Source: a virus. Taken from it: a DNA stretch of 64,000 bases. Shown piece by piece: positions 10,098 to 21,553 of the stretch. The position numbers were made by a program, and so were the translations under genes. The stretch covers positions 1-64,000 of the IMG/VR virus record IMGVR_UViG_3300036770_002165. One strand, given 5' to 3'. A model generated the notes under the pieces. The model searched no databases and was not told the DNA's origin. It saw nothing but the letters and a program-made list of their open reading frames with translations. Every line of letters starts with the position of its first letter. Position 1 is the first letter of the stretch.

Positions 10098-11014
10098 GAG
10101 AAGGTCACCGTTTCACTTGTTGTTGAAGTTGCAGTAACAGTACTAATTTTAAACCCACCGCTAATTGCCGTAGATTGTGTTACGCCAGCGCTAAAGGTAG
10201 CTGTTCTAGTGGCGGGGTATTTGATGACCACAACGCCAGAACCACCATTACCACTTGTCCCGTCACCGGAGTCACTGAACCCACTTCCACCACCTCCTCC
10301 ACCCCTATTTGCCGCCCCATTACCTGCCGTCACAGACCCTTTGCTGCCATTACCCCCAACGCCACTTCCCCCTATACCAGCTACGCCGGTGGAGCCGGAA
10401 TAATTACCTCCCCCTCCCCCTCCAGCGTAAGGTAATGACGTTCCAGTTATGGAGTTAGACAGCCCAACACCGCCATTTCCACCAGAGGAGTTTGTACTAT
10501 TAACTGCATTACCACCTACACCACCCGCACCTCCACCGCCTCCCCCAGCGTATGTTGCCGGTCCCCCACTTCCGTTACCATTTCCTCCGGAGCTACCCTG
10601 CCCTGATGTTCCGCTGCCACCAGTTGACCCGGTATAAGCGCCCCCACCCCCGCTACCCCCCGAGGGGGCTGCTCCTGTTGGGTTAATGTTACTAGCACCA
10701 CCACCACCACCGGTAGATGTTATCGTGCTAAATGTAGAGTTAAGGCCATTAGTCCCAGAGAATGGGTAAGGACTTACTGACGAGGATATGCCTGCTCCTC
10801 CACCCCCTATAATCAATGGGTAAATTTCGTTTGTTTCTAGTTCTACCTGACCAGTGCGCATACCCCCGGCACCCCCACCACCTCCGTGACGCCTACCTCC
10901 ACCTCCCCCTCCGGCTACTACAAGGTATTCAACAATTAGGGTAAGTACCTCTGACGTGTCTCGATATACGCTTTGTGGTCCGTAATTCCCTCGTAAACTT
11001 CCCATCAAAGGCAT
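10094..11014 (-). CDS. Glycine-rich tail/adhesin protein
   Basis: EYLVVAGGGGGG...GGSGVVVIKY architecture. Confidence 0.7.
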   Translation of the reverse strand: MPLMGSLRGNYGPQSVYRDTSEVLTLIVEYLVVAGGGGGGRRHGGGGGAGGMRTGQVELETNEIYPLIIGGGGAGISSSVSPYPFSGTNGLNSTFSTITSTGGGGGASNINPTGAAPSGGSGGGGAYTGSTGGSGTSGQGSSGGNGNGSGGPATYAGGGGGGAGGVGGNAVNSTNSSGGNGGVGLSNSITGTSLPYAGGGGGGNYSGSTGVAGIGGSGVGGNGSKGSVTAGNGAANRGGGGGGSGFSDSGDGTSGNGGSGVVVIKYPATRTATFSAGVTQSTAISGGFKISTVTATSTTSETVTFS

Positions 11015-11060
11015 TTGTCTTAATCTCCCAGTATATTTTTAACTTTATTAAGTATAGTTC

Positions 11061-11444
11061 CTACTTAGTCACCATAGTTTTGGTATAAACCTCATCAACC
11101 CATAATAAATTATTTTGCAAAAAAATTCCCATGCTTTTGAGTAGTTTGTTAAGCTTAAGCTCTCCTTCTATTCCCCAAAACTCATGGGTTATTGACCAGC
11201 CATTCATCACAACGAAATAGTGCGCGTATGGGCACCACGCTGCGTAAACTCCGAGGGGACCTGAGGATTCGTATATTACCTCCCATATATCAACATCCTC
11301 AAATTTTATAGGCCTTTCTGACCCCCATACTGGATTAGGTGGCATATATTGATAAATTGAATTATAGTTCATCCAATTTTCATCAAATAGTTCCCCGTCA
11401 TGTATTTGTGAAAGGATATTATTAGTTGATTTCCAACGCGGCAT
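11061..11444 (-). CDS. Hypothetical protein (AT-rich)
   Basis: 127 aa ORF, visibly lower GC than neighbours. Confidence 0.55.
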   Translation of the reverse strand: MPRWKSTNNILSQIHDGELFDENWMNYNSIYQYMPPNPVWGSERPIKFEDVDIWEVIYESSGPLGVYAAWCPYAHYFVVMNGWSITHEFWGIEGELKLNKLLKSMGIFLQNNLLWVDEVYTKTMVTK

Positions 11445-11454
11445 AACATTATGC

Positions 11455-12441
11455 CTATGTCAAATACCTGATTATTACTATCCCTGAACCGCCATCTCCG
11501 CCTTTACCCGTAGCGTCACCATTAGATGAACCACCACCACCGCCACTACCAGTGTTAACAGTACCATTAGAGCCTTGAGTAGTCCCACCGTTGCCACCTA
11601 TACCAGATCCACCAGTACCATGATTTTTAACTGATGTACTAGTTGATTGCGAGTTACCATATGTAGAGCCTCCACCGCCAGCAGCATAAAATGTGGGTGA
11701 TCCAGAAATGCTCGACGATAGCCCGGCACCGCCATTACCACCACTAGGCTGCGCTCTAACATTACCGTTTTGACCTACTCCACCAGCACCGCCACCACCG
11801 CCAGCGCCAGCCCAAGCCCCAGACGTATGACCGTTTCCACCGGCGCTTCCTTGACCTGATGTTGCAGCTCCACCTGGATAGTTACCGCCAGCTGAGTTTT
11901 CTCCACCACCACCGCCAGAACCGCCAGAAGTACCACCACCAGCTGATACTGTTATTCCTTGAACGTTACTGGTAACACCAGGTGAACCACCACCACCACC
12001 ACCTATTGCTGTAAGTCCAAATGCTGAGCTTGATGACCCACGCTGTCCTAGGTAACCTGTTGAATTAGTAAAATTAAACTGTGTTTCCACAGCGCCAGTT
12101 CCAACGACTATTGTGTTGCTTTGGTTTGACGTGGATGTACTTCCTGTTAATAGACCACCACCGCCGCCACCACCTGCATGGCGTGAACCACCGCTTCCAC
12201 CGCCAGCAACTACCAAATATTCAATTGATAGAGAACTAAGAGACCCCAAAGTAAATGATGAAGATCCAGTGTTTGTAAAAGTGTGTATCCGGTAACCACC
12301 AGCAGTAGAGACGTCCCCCCCAGATGGAAGAATAAAACCAGGATTTTGACGTGAAGCTTCAGTCAGTTGACCACCATTGGAAACGCCTCTGTTTTCCGAC
12401 GTTGGGCCAAAAGTCCCCCGGACACTACTAATAAACGGCAT
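11455..12441 (-). CDS. Glycine-rich tail/adhesin protein, paralog of 10094-11014
   Basis: GYRIHTFT, EYLVVAGGG, GGSGIVIIRY. Confidence 0.7.
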   Translation of the reverse strand: MPFISSVRGTFGPTSENRGVSNGGQLTEASRQNPGFILPSGGDVSTAGGYRIHTFTNTGSSSFTLGSLSSLSIEYLVVAGGGSGGSRHAGGGGGGGLLTGSTSTSNQSNTIVVGTGAVETQFNFTNSTGYLGQRGSSSSAFGLTAIGGGGGGSPGVTSNVQGITVSAGGGTSGGSGGGGGENSAGGNYPGGAATSGQGSAGGNGHTSGAWAGAGGGGGAGGVGQNGNVRAQPSGGNGGAGLSSSISGSPTFYAAGGGGSTYGNSQSTSTSVKNHGTGGSGIGGNGGTTQGSNGTVNTGSGGGGGSSNGDATGKGGDGGSGIVIIRYLT

Positions 12442-12452
12442 GTTCAGCCTTT

Positions 12453-15400
12453 CTAGAAGTTCAAGTTTGCAGAACCAAGAACTATATAAGCGTCTGACCT
12501 TCGTAGTAGTGAAAATGTAAATATATCAATTTTACCAGCCGATGATGTTGGTGTTGGAATTACGTTTGCCGCCCACCTTAATGTTTGCGCAACGTTGTTT
12601 ATCCAAAGGCTTGTTGGTTTGTACCCTGTTGCGCCTTGTGTAACTATTAAGTTAATAGTTGTAATGCGACCATTATCAGTTGGAACGTCAGTAATACGGA
12701 ATGAAAAATCAGCAGCAGGTGTGTTAGTTACATATACAATGTTTCCGTTTGTGTATGAAACTGTTATTACGTTTGCTGAAATTGACGCATCAACAACATC
12801 TTCAATCATTTCCTGGACGCGAACACCGCCGCTAAACGACGGGGTGCCAGTAAACGATGGATTACCGCTGAATATGGGGGATCCGCTAAAGGTGGGATTT
12901 CCGGTGAAGGTACCGTTGCCCGAGAAAGTACCACTCATAACAGCGCTTGCGCTGAATGCTGGATTTCCGCTAAACGTTGGATTGCCAGTGAAATCAGGGT
13001 TACCAGTGATTTCTGGCGTTCCCGGCAGAACTAGCCCACCAACTTTTAGATTGGGGAATACCAAATCTCCGTCGGAAAGATTAACAGTATCAGTAGGTTT
13101 GCTATAATCGCTGCCCACAACCTTAGATGGGACGTTAGCTACCAGGTTCCACGTACCGTCTGAGTCATCGCGAATAAGTCCTGCGTACTTGGTGCGCGTG
13201 TTTACAGTTGCTGTACCACTAGTGTTAGTCGGTGCTACAGGTCCTGTGAAGTCAAAACTTACTGAGGCCCCGGAGGCTGAAGCGACGAAGTTCTTAGTAC
13301 CGTTTAGCCCTGACACACCGGAACCGGCTATTATTAGGCTATCACCGTTCACTATACCGGTGGGTACGTCTGGTTGAACAAATCCACCGGTGTCTGCTAC
13401 CTGGGTAATGTTGCCGCTAGTAACGGAGTAGGTGATAGTGTCAACTCCTACTGTTGCTACAGTAAATGTCCCGTCAAATGGAGCACCCAGTCCAGTGACT
13501 GTTACGGTTTCACCGGCTTGAATTGAGTGTGACTCAACAAACGTGATGGTAGCAATAGAGTTTTCTACGGCTTTAAATGCCGAAGCATAACCCTTACGAG
13601 TTACAACACCAACACTTGCGCTTGATGCGAATGTACCAATATCAAAAACAACCGACGCTGATCCAAGACTGGCCTTGTACTCTGCTAGAAATCCTCGATC
13701 GCTTGTGTTTTCTGTGGCTTCTTCACCAACTACAAATATTGGAGTAGTTGAAACCACTGTTTCAGCCTCGAACGCACCACCAAAAATTGTTAAAGAACCG
13801 TTGATCGTTACGTCTCCAAGGACGTTCATATTTCCTTGAGTACCAACACCGCCGACAACGGTTAGAGCTCCCGTTGATGGGCTGGTCGACTCTGTTGCAA
13901 TTTCAATATGTACATTTGTATCTGGGGTGATCGACATCTGCTCGTTATCGCTGAGCAGGCCACCCGCTGCAAAAACGATCTTGTTCTCTGAACCGTTTCC
14001 GCCGGTTGCAATGACCAGGTTGCCTTTACCGGAAGTACCCACTGGGGCTTCCATGAAGATGTACCCATCGTTGATGCCGGTGCTGCTGAACTCAGGATCC
14101 GAGAACGTGCTAGATGTAATACCCATGTCGATCCAGCCCGAAGCATCATCACCATTGTCGGCATACGCAATGAAGTCAGCTGAAGCATCAGAACCGCTGT
14201 TTACGTTGACAAATGAGATCTGGGCGTAATCGTTCTCGTCGACTGAGAATACGGCAACGGGGTTAGTGAGGGTTGCGGAAGCTTTGAATGTCTGAGCGTC
14301 ATCACCAACTGTGAGAATTCCTGTACCAGCAACGTTAAGCTCACCTTGAGAGTTAATGTCACCGATTACCTCAATGCCAGAAGGGGTCACCTTTAGCTGT
14401 TCTGTGCCGCTGGTTAGACCACCTGCTGCGATTACAACACTGTTTTCAACACCGTTTGTTCCAGTTGCAATAACCAAGTTACCGTCACCGGTAGTTCCGG
14501 ACGGGGCCTCCATGAAGATGTAGCCATCGTTTTCACCAGTAAGACTAAACGCCGGATCCGAGAACGAACTGGACGTAATGCCCATATCAATCCAGCCGGA
14601 GTCGTCATCGCCGTTATTTGCGTAGGCAATGAAGTCAGTAGACGCATCCGCACCACTGTTTAGGTTCACAAACGAGATCTGAGCGTAATTGTTAGCATCT
14701 GCCTGACCGACAATTACTGGGTTTGTAAGACCGGCGCTGGCGCTAAAACCTTCAGCTGAAGAACCCGCGTATAGGTAAATGTTTGCTGTTACTTCATCAG
14801 CAGCCAGCTCTGATGTCCATGCAGTGGTTGTACCGTTTGTAGTTAAATATTTGCCTGCGTTACCAGTTTGTACTGCGATTTCACCGCTAAGAGCCCCTTG
14901 AGCTAAAAGTGTCCAATCGGTATCGTTATCGAAACTAGTTGCGTCTGAGGTGAACGTGTCAGTTGCTAGGTAAGTGTTCCCTCCGTAAAATACGGCGTCG
15001 CCTTCCAGATACGAGGTGCTCAACGCATAAGTGCCACGCCAACGAATACCAGTTGTGAGTAGCTCCCACTTGCTGGCAGCTAGATCAGTGACGAATGTTC
15101 CTGATGTGTGTGCTTCTACACAGACGTACACGTAAGCGCCGTAAGTAACAACATCGTTGAGATCGTATGAGGTACTAGTTGCCCAAGCTGATTCCCAATC
15201 AAAACCCTTGGTTTGTAGCGACCACTTATTGTTACCCAAATCGGTCGAGAATGTTCCAGAGGTGTGGTTAACCTCTGCAACATACAAGTAGTTTCCAAAT
15301 GCAACTACATCACCTGAGAAATACCCAGTCGATGTTGCCCACGTACCTCTCCAGTTTGTTCCCTCAACAAGAAGCTCCCAGTATGAGGCCACCCGATCGG

Positions 15401-15701
15401 TGTCAAATAACCCAGAGGTATGAATTGTTGTACAAATATATACGCTATTACCGTATGTGACTATGTCGTTTAGGAAATAGTTAGTTGAGGTTGCCCACGC
15501 ACCCCTGACATCAAAACCCTCGGCCATTTTTGCCCAGTAAGTAGTGCTTGTAGGCGCGTTACCGGTTGTAACAGTGGGGTTTACATAAACGTAGGATGAT
15601 CCACCGTATGAAACTACGTCGTTAAGTTCATAGGAAGCAGAAGCACCATAGGTTCCACGGTGGTAAAACCGTAGACGGCCCAGATCAATGGATCGTGACA
15701 T
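12453..15701 (-). CDS. Large tail fibre/baseplate protein with internal repeats
   Basis: About five W..Y...D.V.YG..Y repeats, a duplicated ~140 aa unit, xGNPxF hexapeptide repeats. Confidence 0.75.
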   Translation of the reverse strand: MSRSIDLGRLRFYHRGTYGASASYELNDVVSYGGSSYVYVNPTVTTGNAPTSTTYWAKMAEGFDVRGAWATSTNYFLNDIVTYGNSVYICTTIHTSGLFDTDRVASYWELLVEGTNWRGTWATSTGYFSGDVVAFGNYLYVAEVNHTSGTFSTDLGNNKWSLQTKGFDWESAWATSTSYDLNDVVTYGAYVYVCVEAHTSGTFVTDLAASKWELLTTGIRWRGTYALSTSYLEGDAVFYGGNTYLATDTFTSDATSFDNDTDWTLLAQGALSGEIAVQTGNAGKYLTTNGTTTAWTSELAADEVTANIYLYAGSSAEGFSASAGLTNPVIVGQADANNYAQISFVNLNSGADASTDFIAYANNGDDDSGWIDMGITSSSFSDPAFSLTGENDGYIFMEAPSGTTGDGNLVIATGTNGVENSVVIAAGGLTSGTEQLKVTPSGIEVIGDINSQGELNVAGTGILTVGDDAQTFKASATLTNPVAVFSVDENDYAQISFVNVNSGSDASADFIAYADNGDDASGWIDMGITSSTFSDPEFSSTGINDGYIFMEAPVGTSGKGNLVIATGGNGSENKIVFAAGGLLSDNEQMSITPDTNVHIEIATESTSPSTGALTVVGGVGTQGNMNVLGDVTINGSLTIFGGAFEAETVVSTTPIFVVGEEATENTSDRGFLAEYKASLGSASVVFDIGTFASSASVGVVTRKGYASAFKAVENSIATITFVESHSIQAGETVTVTGLGAPFDGTFTVATVGVDTITYSVTSGNITQVADTGGFVQPDVPTGIVNGDSLIIAGSGVSGLNGTKNFVASASGASVSFDFTGPVAPTNTSGTATVNTRTKYAGLIRDDSDGTWNLVANVPSKVVGSDYSKPTDTVNLSDGDLVFPNLKVGGLVLPGTPEITGNPDFTGNPTFSGNPAFSASAVMSGTFSGNGTFTGNPTFSGSPIFSGNPSFTGTPSFSGGVRVQEMIEDVVDASISANVITVSYTNGNIVYVTNTPAADFSFRITDVPTDNGRITTINLIVTQGATGYKPTSLWINNVAQTLRWAANVIPTPTSSAGKIDIFTFSLLRRSDAYIVLGSANLNF

Positions 15702-16450
15702 TAAAAAACCTCCATAACGAAGTGGCCATTGTAGCTTCCGCCGCCACTAGTATACCAATAGAAATCTGCCTGGCTGTAAGTTATCATCCAGTTTTTGTAA
15801 ACAGTTGGACTTGCAGGATCAAGTATTTGCCACTTGTCGAGATTTGATTGCGCACTATCCAAAGTCTCTGACTGGTCGTAATAAGGATCCTCAGTTGTTA
15901 GGGTGGAGTCCCCAACCCTGTAGTCAGGAATTTGGATAACAGTTTCTTCGTCGTCTATTTCTTGTATGGTAAGCCTGCCCGTTAATGGGTTGTACTGGAT
16001 TCCGTAAAAGTAATTAAAGTCGTTAGAGAATAATTCATCTACGGATGGATCCCAAATCACTTCTTTTGTATTTATTGTATGTGATTTTTGTGTACCTGGA
16101 GTAGTTACGGCAAAACCTGGCATGTCATTCCAATCAAATTACTGTAGTTGGTCGATACCATTGAGTATAAATGAAACTTGACCAGTGGACGATCTAACGT
16201 ATATAAGATCATTTGGGTTTGCTGTAAACCTAAATGTTTCAAAGGTGTTGTTTTCTGATAGTGGCAAATCTTTGCAAAGATACCCAGCCTGCGAGGTTGC
16301 GGGATCTAGCACCCACACACTAATGGCTGCCGGGTAGGTTTCTTTGTTAGTAGCTATTACCGAAGCCAAAAGGTACGTATCAGAGTCGTAAATCATAGTA
16401 TCTGTGTTTGCTGCTGGATTTACCGTTATGATTCTCTGTATTTGTGACAT
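15701..16450 (-). CDS. Two small putative virion proteins (15701-16123, 16139-16450)
   Basis: Co-oriented ORFs within the tail operon. Confidence 0.55.
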
Positions 16451-16451
16451 A

Positions 16452-18119
16452 TTAATTTCCCATCCAATAAGTTAATGACAAGTCGCCTCCGCCTCCGCCA
16501 CCACCGGTAATTGTTGCCCAGGAGAAGTCGTAGTTAGCATTCGTTAGCTTGATTAGACTTTGCCCAGCATTACCGCCCGTAGGGATAATTGTTGTTGGTA
16601 TATATTTTGTACCATTGTACATTAGCACTTGATACTGAGTACTGCTAGTAGTGTCAAGCTCAATCCCATCAACAGTTAGCACTGATGTAGCAACCGTCCC
16701 GTTACTGGTAAGACCGTTAGAGAAGGTATGAACAGCCGTTACAGTCCTAGCTGTGCTGGTGTGCATGTACTGCAGGTGATCGTCGTCAGCAAGGCCAGCC
16801 TGCGAACCGTGATCAAGTACCGGTGTAGTGGGAACTCCCCCTCCAGCTGGAATTATGGTGCGCAAATCCCAAACTGCGGTAAAGGCAGACTTCACAGAGT
16901 TAGTAAAGTCTGTCTTAGTTCTATAGACAATTTTATACAGAGGTCTGAATTCAAATACAGGAAAATCTGTGAGGTCAAGTTGGTCGAATGTAACTGCGTC
17001 AGCCTCTCCCTGAGTACCGTATTCACCTTGACCTAGCAGGGCGAGTATTGGGCTATCGAGATTGTTAGTTGCAACAACCCATGAAATGCCGAATTTGTTG
17101 GAGCCAATATCTGGGGTCGACCACGTGCCAGCAGTGTTCAAGTTGTAGGTAGCAAGTGCCGTGCCGACCCGCAATGGGAACTGCGTGGCTGTAGCCTTTT
17201 TCCATACAGAACCTGACCGGTAGAAAACGGGTATCTGAGCTGGTCCGTTGAGGATTTGCTCCCAGGAATTTGCGGCGGGTGAGGAACTGTGGGTGACATC
17301 AACCTGTAGGTCTTCATCAAAGAACGTACCGTCAGCAATGGAGATCTGGGCGTGCGAATCAGCACTACCGTCTCCGACAACGGTGTAGCCAAGTGCCCCA
17401 AACCCGCTAGCAATTGCGGCACCACGTGTGCGGTGGAGGTATTCGTGTGTCTGCCAGTCAAGGACTACCCCATGACGCTCATCGGCAAAGAAATAGGCTG
17501 CGCCGTCAGTCGCGTTCCAATATACATAAGCAATGGGGGTATCAGAGTCCCACGTGAAGTAGCTCGTCTTGTAGCTTAAAACTCCAGTTGAACTAAAGTA
17601 TATGTAGTAAAGACCACTTGTATTGGGTATGTCAACTGTCTCTGTTGTTGACTTAACGTACCTAACGCCTTTACACCAGACATCATATGAAGTAGCCACT
17701 GGCGCAATTGAGAACCGCCGATTGCCTGCATCAAAAGAAATAGTGCTATCGGTGCGTGTTGGGAAGCCAATCGGCTCACCAGTGGCTTCATAGATCTCCT
17801 GGGCCTTCTGCTTTGTGGGTACAAACGCAGTACCGTTGTACACTAGTGCGTAGTTTGTGGAAGCGCCAACGGTCGTTATTTCAGTGTCGTATACGTACAG
17901 CCCTTGAGAATCAAGAACGTCGTCCGTAGTTAGTGTGTTTGCTGCCGACCTATATAGGTTTACATCACCAGATTCGGACCCACTTCCCCAGGTAAGTCGG
18001 CCTCCAGCGTCTACGGCAAGGCGCGCGTGCTGTTCTCCAGCAACGCCAACGTCAATAGCAGTGTCGGCAGCGGTGTTGAAGAACCGCGCTCTAATTGCTG
18101 ATAGAAATTTGCCTGCCAT
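16452..18119 (-). CDS. Minor tail protein
   Basis: 555 aa, beta-rich; DHGSQAGLADDDHLQY and PTGGNAGQSLIK motifs seen in tail fibres. Confidence 0.65.
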   Translation of the reverse strand: MAGKFLSAIRARFFNTAADTAIDVGVAGEQHARLAVDAGGRLTWGSGSESGDVNLYRSAANTLTTDDVLDSQGLYVYDTEITTVGASTNYALVYNGTAFVPTKQKAQEIYEATGEPIGFPTRTDSTISFDAGNRRFSIAPVATSYDVWCKGVRYVKSTTETVDIPNTSGLYYIYFSSTGVLSYKTSYFTWDSDTPIAYVYWNATDGAAYFFADERHGVVLDWQTHEYLHRTRGAAIASGFGALGYTVVGDGSADSHAQISIADGTFFDEDLQVDVTHSSSPAANSWEQILNGPAQIPVFYRSGSVWKKATATQFPLRVGTALATYNLNTAGTWSTPDIGSNKFGISWVVATNNLDSPILALLGQGEYGTQGEADAVTFDQLDLTDFPVFEFRPLYKIVYRTKTDFTNSVKSAFTAVWDLRTIIPAGGGVPTTPVLDHGSQAGLADDDHLQYMHTSTARTVTAVHTFSNGLTSNGTVATSVLTVDGIELDTTSSTQYQVLMYNGTKYIPTTIIPTGGNAGQSLIKLTNANYDFSWATITGGGGGGGDLSLTYWMGN

Positions 18120-18165
18120 AGAGCCTCAACTCTGTGGGTGTGTAGTGGCCCCGCAAGGCCTGTGA

Positions 18166-19485
18166 TTAACCGTTTATAACTACTCGATATGAGTTTAGTG
18201 CTGGTGCTGTGGAGAATGTGATGGTCACCGTGTCTGTGGTTGCGCGAACAACATCAGCAAACACCGTATCATTTGTTGAAATGTCGTAAACCTGAACAAC
18301 GACATCACGTGTGCCGTAATTATGGGTGATCGTATAGGTGGTGTTTACAGCGTCACCTATGGTTTTGGCCGAGACGCGCGACAGTACAGGTGTGCTTACG
18401 TTATACCCAGACGTTGTAAATCCTAGGTTTGTACGCGCATCAGCAGCGGTTGACGCGCCGGTACCACCGTGCAGTACGGCTACGTCTGTAGCTTCCCAGG
18501 TTCCTGTTGAGATAGTTCCCAGGGTGTTGATACTGGTTTGCCCAACATAAGTTGAGGCAATGTCGATTGAGTTGGGGTTGATCGTAATTCGATCGGTGGT
18601 TCCCACAACATCAATTGTGTTGCCAGTTTTCGTAAGACCGCCACCGGCGATGCTTTGTCCTGCTGCGGAGAACTGGACGAAGGTAAGACCAGTCGACCCT
18701 ACGTTGATTGGATTATTTGTTGTAAGTACCCACCCCGAATCAGACCAGCTGACGCCGTCTTCAACAAAGACGAACAGGCCTGCTGTAACTTCTGCGTTAG
18801 AGTCGGCATCGATTGAGCGGGTTAGGACGAAGGTTGATGACGCGCTGCCGGGATTCGTAACGTCGTATATTCCGTTAAACGGTGCGTTTGGCCCAGTCTC
18901 GTTTTTTACTAGAATTCTGTTGCCAGCAGCGGGTGTAATATCGTCTATTGATAAGGCACCAGACGAAACTGCCGTTAGCACTCCAGATGCGTGTGTGTAG
19001 GACGGCAACGCCTCATTAGTTGTTAGGCGAACGGATTGCTTTACGTCGAGGCCAGATCTAGCTGCATCTACGTAGTACTTGTTTGCAGCATCAAGATCGT
19101 TTTCTGGCGTAGTTACCTGGAGGCGTCCATTTACGTCGCGAAGTGCCAGCGTGGAGGCAGTATTTGATGATGTGGCGTTGTCTAGTTTGGTCTTGTCAGA
19201 CCCGGTCATTAGGCCGGACGCGCCGCCATTAACAACATCAGCGATGCTTAGGGTTACAGTACCATTAGCTTCTGTACTAACCAGAGCTGTAGTGGATGAC
19301 GAAACCTGCTTAAGTGTTTTGCGCCATACTGTTCCGTCGTACCACTTAAGCACCTTTTCGGTGCTGTTGTAGATAAGCCGACCTTCGAAGTTACCAGTAG
19401 TGGGGTCGCTTTCTACGACCTCAAACCGACCATTGATGATCTGGTTCTGGAGAAGTTCTAGGTTTGTAACGAACTTAGTTGCCAT
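18166..19485 (-). CDS. Tail fibre protein
   Basis: DAANKYYVD, GLDVKQSV, GNRILVKNE..NGIY, ITHNYGTRDVVVQVYD. Confidence 0.7.
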   Translation of the reverse strand: MATKFVTNLELLQNQIINGRFEVVESDPTTGNFEGRLIYNSTEKVLKWYDGTVWRKTLKQVSSSTTALVSTEANGTVTLSIADVVNGGASGLMTGSDKTKLDNATSSNTASTLALRDVNGRLQVTTPENDLDAANKYYVDAARSGLDVKQSVRLTTNEALPSYTHASGVLTAVSSGALSIDDITPAAGNRILVKNETGPNAPFNGIYDVTNPGSASSTFVLTRSIDADSNAEVTAGLFVFVEDGVSWSDSGWVLTTNNPINVGSTGLTFVQFSAAGQSIAGGGLTKTGNTIDVVGTTDRITINPNSIDIASTYVGQTSINTLGTISTGTWEATDVAVLHGGTGASTAADARTNLGFTTSGYNVSTPVLSRVSAKTIGDAVNTTYTITHNYGTRDVVVQVYDISTNDTVFADVVRATTDTVTITFSTAPALNSYRVVING

Positions 19486-19497
19486 CAGGCTACCTCA

Positions 19498-20579
19498 CTA
19501 TGAAAGATAAACTTTGCCGGTAAAGGGCGCTGTAAATCGGATGGTTACCTGTTGTTCTCCTGTGTACTGGACTTCTCCGTGTACGACCTCGCCTGAGTTG
19601 TTTAGAACCGTAACAGCCGGATTAAACCCAAGAGTATGATTTACAACCCACACATCGGATACGGATGATTGGGTATGCTCATAACTTTCTACTGCCCCAG
19701 ATGTTAGCGCTGTAATTCTATCATCAACAACAACTGTATTATTGATGGTTTTAGTAACCGTCACTGACCCTCGGGGGCGTCGAGACGTTACGTCTACTGA
19801 TGTGCCGGTCATGACGGCATCACCGAGATAGTTTCTTCAACGTTGACGGCTCCCTTAGCTAGTACTGACCAGTCTCCGCTGGAATCTTGTACGAATATAT
19901 CGTACCGATGGCTACCCGTTGGTACGGGGTTGAGGTTCGAGATATGTAGGGTGATCGAGCCGTCGTCGTTAAGGGTAAAGTACGCGCGCTTCTCGGGGTC
20001 CATTGCGGCAATGACTGACTCTGTTGGGGCTGGCTCGTACCAGCGAGCGTCCACAACCACAGTTCCGCTGGAGTCTTTTGCCTGCATATAGGCGTTCTGA
20101 ATCGCGATAATATTGCTATTCTCATCGCGCCAAGTGAAGGTACGGTAGAAGTCCTCATAACGATTGAACCGCAGTTCCATGTAATCGGCCTCCTCTAGCG
20201 GCGTAATATTATTAAGTCCTGTTACTTTTATAATACCTTTTGCAACAATACGGGTTACAGTATCTCCATATCCTTCATTGCTGTATGAAGCTGTAAGACT
20301 TCCGTATGTAAGCCTCTGATACTTATAGTGCTTGGCAACAACATCAAACTGAAGGTCTCCGGCAGGAAGATCGGCAGTGTCCTCTTCTGACAGGCGCAGA
20401 AGTATTCCGCCCTCGGAAGTAATAAAGCAGTCAATTTCTTTAATACTAATGTCACTCGTCTTGATGTTGGCCCAGGCATCGATGGGCTTGATAATGCGAC
20501 GAGTTGCTCGGTCTTTAACGACAACTAGACGTTCCCAATACTCACCTTGAGTGGCTCTGTATGTAAGCTGGTTAGTCAT
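19498..20579 (-). CDS. Two putative structural proteins (19498-19812; 19809-20579 with two BppU_N-like repeats)
   Basis: ORF track; the larger protein has two similar halves; likely start 20579 follows TAGAAT. Confidence 0.55.
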
Positions 20580-20654
20580 ATGCTCCATTCTACCGCAAAT
20601 AAAATATGGGTGGACCACCCGCAGGCAGTCCACCCATTAGAGCACTCAGGTTAA

Positions 20655-20909
20655 TTATACACTCTTTTTGGTACTGCGTGCCTTTGGGGCTGGCTTTTCA
20701 AGTTTGGTTACCCGACCATCGATACGGTCGACCTTTTCGTCAAGGCGATCAACCTTGCCGTCCATACGGTCAACTTTGCCCTCCATACGGTTCAGCACCT
20801 GCATGTTCTGCCCGTGCTGCTCGGTGTTCCGCTTATCGAAGCGGTGGAGAGCCCACATGAGGGGCCCTCCGATGAGGGCTACGACGACTGGTACCCAGAT
20901 GGCTTCCAT
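20655..20909 (-). CDS. Single-TM protein with heptad coiled coil (lysis-cassette associated)
   Basis: N-terminal TM then RMEGKVD/RMDGKVD/RLDEKVD/RIDGRVT repeats. Confidence 0.65.
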   Translation of the reverse strand: MEAIWVPVVVALIGGPLMWALHRFDKRNTEQHGQNMQVLNRMEGKVDRMDGKVDRLDEKVDRIDGRVTKLEKPAPKARSTKKSV

Positions 20910-21238
20910 TACTCGGCGTCCTCATACTGCTCGTCGTCCCGGCGGGAAGCAGCACTACCGACAGCACGGCCAGCGGCAAGACCCGTTAGGGCACCACCAA
21001 TCGAGAACATCAGTGGCTCAAGAATCTTGAGGAATGCCGCGTCGTTGGGGGACTGCTCTGCTGGCTGGTACACGAAGATTAGGCTGTACAACAAAGCCAG
21101 AACACTCACACCCAGGACACCAGCCAGTGTGAGGATAAGGAGAGCCCTTACGCGGGCCTCAATATCCTCTGAGCTGAGTCGCTTACGGCGTGGGGGTCGA
21201 ACAATCACAGCTCGGCGTGGGTTGGTTTCTTGGGTCAT
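20909..21238 (-). CDS. Two-TM membrane protein
   Basis: Two hydrophobic helices. Confidence 0.6.
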   Translation of the reverse strand: MTQETNPRRAVIVRPPRRKRLSSEDIEARVRALLILTLAGVLGVSVLALLYSLIFVYQPAEQSPNDAAFLKILEPLMFSIGGALTGLAAGRAVGSAASRRDDEQYEDAE

Positions 21239-21319
21239 CTTCAGGGTTCCTATATCTGTCGGAGCAAGATGCTAGTAGAACAGAGACTAATACAGATAGT
21301 ACCACTTTGGTACCGCGGG

Positions 21320-21553
21320 TCACTTATCACCCTTACCCAGCTTCAAAAGAGAAGCTGTGGCGTCACCGAGGGGGCCGCCAGCGGCAACGGCACCTTTGAG
21401 TACGGAAATACCAGCTGCAACAGCGGCAGCGGCAGCGGTCTTGGCCGACGACAGATCGGACACAACTACCAGGGCCAGGAAAGTCTGGACAGCGGTCATA
21501 ACCGCGCGCTCTGCAATGTCCTTGATCTGAGTGATGTCAAGTTTAAAGTTCAT
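21320..21553 (-). CDS. Holin (r1t-like)
   Basis: DIAERAVMTAVQTFLA...AAAAVAAGISVLKG pattern of r1t-family holins. Confidence 0.7.
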   Translation of the reverse strand: MNFKLDITQIKDIAERAVMTAVQTFLALVVVSDLSSAKTAAAAAVAAGISVLKGAVAAGGPLGDATASLLKLGKGDK

